Origin: Eledone cirrhosa
Taxonomy: Eukaryota
Assembly (NCBI GenBank): GCA_964016885.1
Contig: OZ024740.1
Coordinates: forward strand, 256,122,001-256,186,000
Length of the DNA: 64,000 nt
Direction: 5' to 3'
Below are positions 55,001 through 64,000 of the stretch, piece after piece; within the stretch, counting starts at the first letter, position 1, and each line of letters starts with the position of its first letter. Position numbers and translations under genes: made by a program. A model generated the notes under the pieces. That model made no database searches and was not told the origin of the DNA. It saw nothing but the letters and a program-made list of their open reading frames with translations.

Positions 55001-58000
55001 GGCAGACACCAACGGCAGACACTAACGGCAGACACTAACGGCAGACGCCAACGGCAGACATTAACGGAAGACACTAACGGCAGACACCAACGGAAGACAC
55101 TAACGGCAGACACCAACGGCAGACACTAACGGCAGACACTAACGGCAGACGCCAACTGCAGACCCCAACGGCAGACACCAACAGCAGACACCAACTGAAG
55201 ACACTAACGGCAGACACAAACGGCAGACACCAACGGCAGACACTAACGGCAGACACTAACGGCAGACACCAACGCCAGACACTAACGGCAGACACTAACG
55301 GCAGACACTAACGGAATACGCCAACTGCAGACCCCAACGGCAGACACCAACAGCACACACCGAGGGAAGACACTAACGGCAGACACCAACGGAAGACACT
55401 AACAGCAGACACTAAAGGCAGACACCAACGGCAGACACCAACGGCAGACACCAACGGCAGACGCCAACAACAGACACCAACGGCAGACATTAACGGCAGA
55501 CACTAACGGCAGACACCAACGGAAGACACTAAAGGCAGACACCAACGGCAGACACTAACGGCAGACACTAACGGCAGACACTAACGGCAGATACAAACGG
55601 CAGACACCAACGGCAGACATTACCGGCAGACACTAACGGCAGACACCAACGGCAGACACTAACGGCAGACACTAACGGCAGACATTAACGGCAGACACTA
55701 ACGGCAGACACCAACGGAAGACACTAAAGGCAGACACCAACGGCAGGCACTAACGGCAGACACAAACGGCAGACACCAACGGCAGACATTACCGGCAGAC
55801 ACTAACGGCAGACACCAACGGCAGACACTAACGGCAGACACCAACGGCAGACATTAACGGAAGACACCAACGGAAGACACTAACGGCAGACACTAACGGC
55901 AGACACAAACAGCAGACACCAACGGCAGACATTACCGGCAGACACTAATGGCAGACACCAACAGCAGACACTAACGGCAGACACTAACGGCAGACACCAA
56001 CGGCAGACACTAACGGCAGACACTAACGGCAGACACAAACGGCAGACCTCAACGGCAGACACAAACGACAGACACTAACGGCAGACACCAACGGCAGACA
56101 CCAACAGCAACACCAACGGCAGACACTAACGGCAGACACCAACGGCAGACATTAACGGCAGACACTAACGGCAGACACGAACGGAAGACACTAAAGGCAG
56201 ACACCAACGGCAGACACTAACGGCAGACACTAACGGCAGACGCCAACGGCAGACATTAACGGAAGACACTAACGGCAGACACCAACGGAAGACACTAACG
56301 GCAGACACCAACGGCAGACACTAACGGCAGACACTAACGGCAGACGCCAACTGCAGACCCCAACGGCAGACACCAACAGCAGACACCAACTGAAGACACT
56401 AACGGCAGACACAAACGGCAGACACCAACGGCAGACACTAACGGCAGACACTAACGGCAGACACCAACGCCAGACACTAACGGCAGACACTAACGGCAGA
56501 CACTAACGGAATACGCCAACTGCAGACCCCAACGGCAGACACCAACAGCACACACCGAGGGAAGACACTAACGGCAGACACCAACGGAAGACACTAACAG
56601 CAGACACTAACGGCAGACAACAACGGCAGACACCAACGGCAGACACCAACGGCAGACGCCAACAACAGACACCAACGGCAGACATTAACGGCAGACACTA
56701 ACGGCAGACACCAACGGAAGACACTAAAGGCAGACACCAACGGCAGACACTAACGGCAGACAATAACGGCAGACACTAACGGCAGATACAAACGGCAGAC
56801 ACCAACGGCAGACATTACCGGCAGACACTAACGGCAGACACCAACGGCAGACACTAACGGCAGACACTAACGGCAGACATTAACGGCAGACACTAACGGC
56901 AGACACCAACGGAAGACACTAAAGGCAGACACCAACGGCAGGCACTAACGGCAGACACAAACGGCAGACACCAGCGGCAGGCACTAACGGCAGACACCAA
57001 CGGCAGACACTAACGGCAGACACAAACGACAGACACAAACCGCAGACTCTAACGGCGGACACAAACGGCAGACATTAACAGCAGACACCAACGGCAGACA
57101 CTAACGGCACACACAAACGTCAGACACTAACGGCAGACACAAACGTCAGACACTAACGGCAGACACCAACAGCAGACACTAACGGCAGACACAAACGTCA
57201 GACAATAACGGCAGACACCAACAGCAGACACTAACAGCAGACACTAACGGCAGACACCAACAGCAGACACTAACGGCAGACACTAACGGCAGACACCAAC
57301 AGCAGACACAAACGACAGACACGAGCGGCAGACGCCAACGGCAGACACTAACGGCAGACACCAACGGCAGACACTAACGGCAGACACCAACGGCAGACAC
57401 CAACGGCAGACACCAACAGCAGACACCAACGACAGACACTAACGTCAGACACCAACGGCAGACACTAACGGCAGACACTAACGGCAGACACAAACGGCAG
57501 GCCTCAACGGCAGACACAAACGACAGACACTAACGGCAGACACCAACGGCAGACACCAACAGCAGACACCAACGGCAGACACTAACGGCAGACACCAACG
57601 GCAGACATTAACGGCAGACACTAACGGCAGACACCAACGGAAGACACTAAAGGCAGACACTAACGGCAGACACTAACGGCAGACACCAACGGCAGACATT
57701 AACGGAAGACACCAACGGAAGACACTAACGGCAGACACTAACGGCAGACACAAACAGCAGACACCAACGGCAGACATTACCGGCAGACACTAATGGCAGA
57801 CACCAACAGCAGACACTAACGGCAGACACTAACGGCAGACACCAACGGCAGACACTAACGGCAGACACTAACGGCAGACACAAACGGCAGACCTCAACGG
57901 CAGACACAAACGACAGACACTAACGGCAGACACCAACGGCAGACACCAACAGCAACACCAACGGCAGACGCTAACGGCAGACACCAACGGCAGACATTAA

Positions 58001-61000
58001 CGGCAGACACTAACGGCAGACACCAACGGAAGACACTAAAGGCAGACACCAACGGCAGACACTAACGGCAGACACTAACGGCAGACGCCAACGGCAGACA
58101 TTAACGGAAGACACTAACGGCAGACACCAACGGAAGACACTAACGGCAGACACCAACGGCAGACACTAACGGCAGACACTAACGGCAGACGCCAACTGCA
58201 GACCCCAACGGCAGACACCAACAGCAGACACCAACTGAAGACACTAACGGCAGACACAAACGGCAGACACCAACGGCAGACACTAACGGCAGACACTAAC
58301 GGCAGACACCAACGCCAGACACTAACGGCAGACACTAACGGCAGACACTAACGGAATACGCCAACTGCAGACCCCAACGGCAGACACCAACAGCACACAC
58401 CGAGGGAAGACACTAACGGCAGACACCAACGGAAGACACTAACAGCAGACACTAACGGCAGACACCAACGGCAGACACCAACGGCAGACACCAACGGCAG
58501 ACGCCAACAACAGACACCAACGGCAGACATTAACGGCAGACACTAACGGCAGACACCAACGGAAGACACTAAAGGCAGACACCAACGGCAGACACTAACG
58601 GCAGACACTAACGGCAGACACTAACGGCAGATACAAACGGCAGACACCAACGGCAGACATTACCGGCAGACACTAACGGCAGACACCAACGGCAGACACT
58701 AACGGCAGACACTAACGGCAGACATTAACGGCAGACACTAACGGCAGACACCAACGGAAGACACTAAAGGCAGACACCAACGGCAGGCACTAACGGCAGA
58801 CACAAACGGCAGACACCAACGGCAGACATTACCGGCAGACACTAACGGCAGACACCAACGGCAGACACTAACGGCAGACACTAACGGTAGACACTAACGG
58901 CAGACGCCAACTGCAGACCCCAACGGCAGACACCAACAGCAGACACCAACGGAAGACACTAACGGCAGACACAAACGGCAGACACCAACGGCAGACACAA
59001 ACGGCAAACACCAACGGCAGACACAAGCGGCAGACACTAACGGCAGACACCAACGGCAGACACCAACGCCAGACACTAACGGCAGACACAAACGGCAGAC
59101 ACTAACGGAATACGCCAACTGCAGACCCCAACGGCAGACACCAACAGCGCACACCGAGGGAAGACACTAACGGCAGACACCAACGGAAGACACTAACAGC
59201 AGACGCTAACGGCAGACACCAACGGCAGACACTAACGGCAGACACCAACGGCAGACGCCAACAACAGACACCAGCAGTAGACACCAACGGCAGACACCAA
59301 CGGCAGACACCAACGGCAGACACAAACGGTGGACACCAACAGCAGACACCAACAGCAGACACCAACAGCATACTCCAACGTCAGACACCAACGGCAGACA
59401 CCAACTGCAGACACAAACGGCAGACACTAACGGCGGACACCAACGGCAGACACCAATGGCAGACACCAACGGCAGACACTAACGGCAGACAACAACGGCA
59501 GACACCAACGTCAGACACCAACGGCAGACACTAACGGCAAACAACAACGGCAGACACCAACGGCAGATATTAACGGCAGACAACAACGGCAGACACCAAC
59601 GGCAGACATTAACGGCAGACACAAACGGCAGACATTAACGGCAGACAACAACGGCAGACACCAACGGCAGACATTAACGGCAGACACCAACAGCAGACAC
59701 TAACGGCAGACACCAACGGCAGACACCAACGGCAGACATTAATGTCAGACACCAACGGCAGACACTAACGGCAGACAACAACGGCAGACACGAACGGCAG
59801 ACATTAACGGCAGACACCAACGGCACACACTAACGGCAGACACCAACGGCAGACACCAACTGCAGACACTAACGTCAGACACTAACGGCAGACACCAACG
59901 GCAGACCCCAACTGCAGACACAAACGGCAGACCCCAACGGCAGACACTAACGGCAGACACCAACGGCAGACCCCAACGGCAGACACTAACGGCAGACACT
60001 AACGGCAGACACAAACGGCAAACCCCAACGGCTGACACCAACGGGAGACCCCAACGGCAGACCCCGACGGCAGACACCAACGGCAGACACCAACGGCAGA
60101 CACTAACGGCAGACACCAACGGCAGACGCTAACGGCAGACACCAACGCCAGACACTAACGGCAGACACCAACGGCAGACACTAAAGGCAGACAACAACAG
60201 CAGACAACAACGGCAGACACTAACGGCAGACACTAACAGCAGACACTAACGGCAGACAACAAACGTCAGACACCAATGGCAGACACCAACGGCAGACATT
60301 AACGGCAGACACTAACGGCAGACACCAACGGAAGACACTAAAGGTAGACATTAACGGAAGACACTAACTGCAGACACCAACGGCAGACACCAACGGCAGA
60401 CCGCAACTGCAGACACAAACGGCAGACCCCAACGGCAGACACTAACGGCAGACACCAACGGCAGACACCAACGGCAGACACTAACGGCAGACACTAACGA
60501 CAGACGCCATCGGCAGACACTAACGGCAGACACAAAGGTCAGACACCAATGGCAGACACCAACGGCAGACACCAACGGCAGACACTAACGGCAGACACAA
60601 ACGGCAGACACTAACGGCAGACACTAACGGCAGACACAAACGGCAGGCCTCAACGGCAAACACAAACGACAGACACTAACGGCAGACACCAACGGCAGAC
60701 ACCAACAGCAGACACCAACGGCAGACACTAACGGCAGACACTAACGACAGACACCATCGGCAGACACTAACGGCAGACACAAAGGTCAGACACCAATGGC
60801 AGACACCAACGGCAGACACCAACGGCAGACACTAACGGCAGACACTAACGGCAGACACAAACGGCAGGCCTCAACGGCAAACACAAACGACAGACACTAA
60901 CGGCAGACACCAACGGCAGACACCAACAGCAGACACCAACGGCAGACACCAACGGCTGACACCAACGGCTGACACTAACGGCAGACACTAACGGCAGACA

Positions 61001-64000
61001 CAAACGGCAGGCCTCAACGGCAGACACAAACGACAGACACTAACGGCAGACACTAACGGCAGACACCAACGGCAGACATTAACGGCAGACACTAACGGCA
61101 GACACCAACATAAGACACTAAAGGCAGACACCAACGGTAGACACTAACGACAGACACTAACGGCAGACACCAACGGCAGACATTAACGGAAGACACTAAC
61201 GGCAGACACCAACGGAAGACACTAACGGCAGACACTAACGGCAGACACAAACGGCAGACACCAACGACAGACATTACCGGCAGACACTAATGGCAGACAC
61301 CAACGGCAGACACTAACGGCAGACACTAACGGCAGACACCAACGGCAGACACTAACGGCAGACACTAACGGCAGACACAAACGGCAGACCTCAACGGCAG
61401 ACACAAACGACAGACACTAACGGCAGACACCAACGGCAGACACCAACAGCAGACACAAACGGCAGACACTAACGGCAGACACCAACGGCAGTCATTAACA
61501 GCAGACACTAACGGCAGACACCAACGGAAGACACTAAAGGCAGACACCAAAGGCAGACACTAACGGCAGACACTAACGGCAGACACCAACGGCAGACATT
61601 AACGGAAGACACTAACGGCAGACACCAACGGAAGACACTAACGGCAGACACTAACGGCAGACACAAACGGCAGACACCAACGGCAGATATTACCGGCAGA
61701 CACTAACGGCAGACACCAACGGCAGACACTAACGGCAGACACTAACGGCAGACACTAACGGCAGACACTAACGGCAGACACTAACGGCAGACACTAACGG
61801 CAGACGCCAACTGCAGACCCCAACGGCAGGCACCAACAGCAGACACCAACGGAAGACACTAACGGCAGACACAAACGGCAGACACCAACGGCAGACACTA
61901 ACGGCAGACACTAACGGCAGACACCAACGCCAGACACTAACGGCAGACACTAACGGAATACGCCAACTGCAGACCCCAACGGCAGACACCAACAGCACAC
62001 ACCGAGGGAAGACAATAACGGCAGGCACCAACGGAAGACACTAACGGCAGACACTAACGGCAGACACCAACGGCAGACACCAACGGCAGACACCAACGGC
62101 AGACACCAACAACAGACACCAACAGTAGACACCAACGGCAGACACCAACGGCAGACACCAACGGCAGACACAAACGGCAGACACCAACAGCAGACACCAA
62201 CAGCAGACACCAACAGCAGACACCAACGGCAGACACCAACGGCTGACACCTACTGCAGACACAAACGGCAGACACTAACGGCGGACACCAACGACAGACA
62301 ATAATGGCAGACACCGACGGCAGACACTAACGGCAGACAACAACGGCAGACACAAACGGCAGATATTAACGGCAGACAACAACGGCAGACACCAACGGCA
62401 GACATTAACGGCAGACACAAACGGCAGACATTAACGGCAGACAACAACGGCAGACACCAACGGCAGACATCAACGGCAGACACCAACAGCAGACACTAAC
62501 GGCAGACACCAACGGCAGACACCAACGGCAGACATTAATGTCAGACACCAACGGCAGACACTAACGGCAGACAACAACGGCAGATACCAACGGCAGACAT
62601 TAACGGCAGACACCAATGGCAGACACCAACGGCAGACCCCAACGGCAGACACTAACGGCAAACACTAACGGCAGACACAAACGGCAAACCCCAACGGCTG
62701 ACACCAACGGCAGACCCCAACGGCAGACCCCGACGGCAGACACCAACGGCAGACACCAACGGCAGACACTAACGGCAGACACCAACGGCAGACGCTAACG
62801 GCAGACACCAACGGCAAACACTAACGGCAGACACCAACGGCAGACACTAAAGGCAGACAACAACAGCAGACACCAACGGCAGACACCAACGGCAGACACT
62901 AACGGCAGACACTAACAGCAGACACTAACGGCAGACACAAACGTCAGACACCAATGGCAGACACCAGCGGCAGACATTAACGGCAGACACTAACGGAAGA
63001 CACGAACGGAAGACACTAAAGGTAGACATTAACGGAAGACACTAACGACAGACACGAACGGAAGACACTAACGGCAGACACTAACGGCAGACACCAACAG
63101 CAGACACCAACGGAAGACACTAACGGCAGACACCAACAACAGACACCAACAGCAGACACCAACAGCAGACACCAACAGCAGACACCAACGCCAGACACCA
63201 ACGGCAGACACAAACGGCAGAAACCAACAGCAGACACCAACAGCAGACACCAACAGAAGACACAAACGGCAGACACCAACAGCAGACACCAACAGCAGAC
63301 ACCAACAGCAGACACCAACAGCAGACACCAACGGCAGACACCAACGGCAGACACCAACTGCAGACACTAACGGCGGACACCAACAGCAGACACCAACGGC
63401 AGACACTAACGGCAGACACTAACGGCAGACACTAACGGCAGGCACAAAGATCAGACACCAACGGCAGACACCAACGGCAGACACCATCGGCAGACACAAA
63501 CGGCAGACACTAACGGCGGACACCAACGGCAGACACTAATGGGAGACACCAACGGCAGACACTAACGGCAGACAACAACGGCAGACACCAACTGAAGACA
63601 CTAACGACAGACACCAACGGCAGACATTAACGGCAGACATTAACGGCAGACACCAACGGCAGACATTAACGGCAGACAACAACGGCAGACACCAACGGCA
63701 GACATTAACGGAAGAGAACAACGGCAGACTCCAACCGCAGACATTAACGTGAGACATCAACAGCAGACACTAACGGCAGACACCAACGGCAGACACCAAC
63801 GGCAGACACCAACGGCAGACACTAACGGCAAACAACAACGGCAGACACTAACGGCAGACATTAACGGCAGACACCAACGGCAGACACTAACGGCAGACAC
63901 CAACAGCAGACACTAACGGCAGACACCAACGGCAGACCCCAACTGCAGACACAAACGGCAGACCCCAACGGCAGACACCAACGGCAGACACCAACGGCAG
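52034..64000. repeat. 13-bp satellite array, consensus AACGGCAGACAC[C/T], running off the window end
   Basis: About 920 monomers in the window, one orientation, few indels, higher-order periods of 1845, 1195 and 3040 bp. Confidence 0.98.

Noticed and set aside
52034-64000. Cys/Val-rich ORFs (VSAVGVCRWCLPL)n, or a CRISPR-like array
   Set aside because: The ORFs are a by-product of the 13-bp period and are broken by frequent stops in all frames; there are no unique spacers or cas genes.

Overview
AT-rich animal genomic DNA, very probably a coleoid cephalopod such as Octopus (inferred from the SINE families, RTE/Tx1/Penelope content and extreme (TA)n/(ATT)n/(GAA)n microsatellite load). I see no host gene. 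Bases 1-52,000 are a mosaic of decayed retroelements: Penelope-like elements (PLEs) of two kinds, RTE LINEs, Tx1/L1-clade LINEs (one near full length at 33.6-39.4 kb), R4/Dong-like and CRE-like restriction-endonuclease LINEs, a CR1-like 3' end, two tRNA-derived SINE families, two MITEs and a Helitron remnant. Bases 52,034-64,000 are a 13-bp satellite (AACGGCAGACAC[C/T]) with kilobase-scale higher-order duplications. The main signal not explained by the ORF track is about 15 type I hammerhead ribozyme (HHR) motifs in short, mostly non-coding units next to (TA)n tracts. One looks structurally complete (27867-27947, minus strand), one sits in a 717-nt terminally redundant retrozyme-like unit, and three lie in long head-to-head inverted repeats. 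A second signal is an (ATT)n landing pad at 31.8-42.2 kb where Dong-like and Tx1-like LINEs have inserted repeatedly in opposite fixed orientations. All folds and alignments were done by eye.
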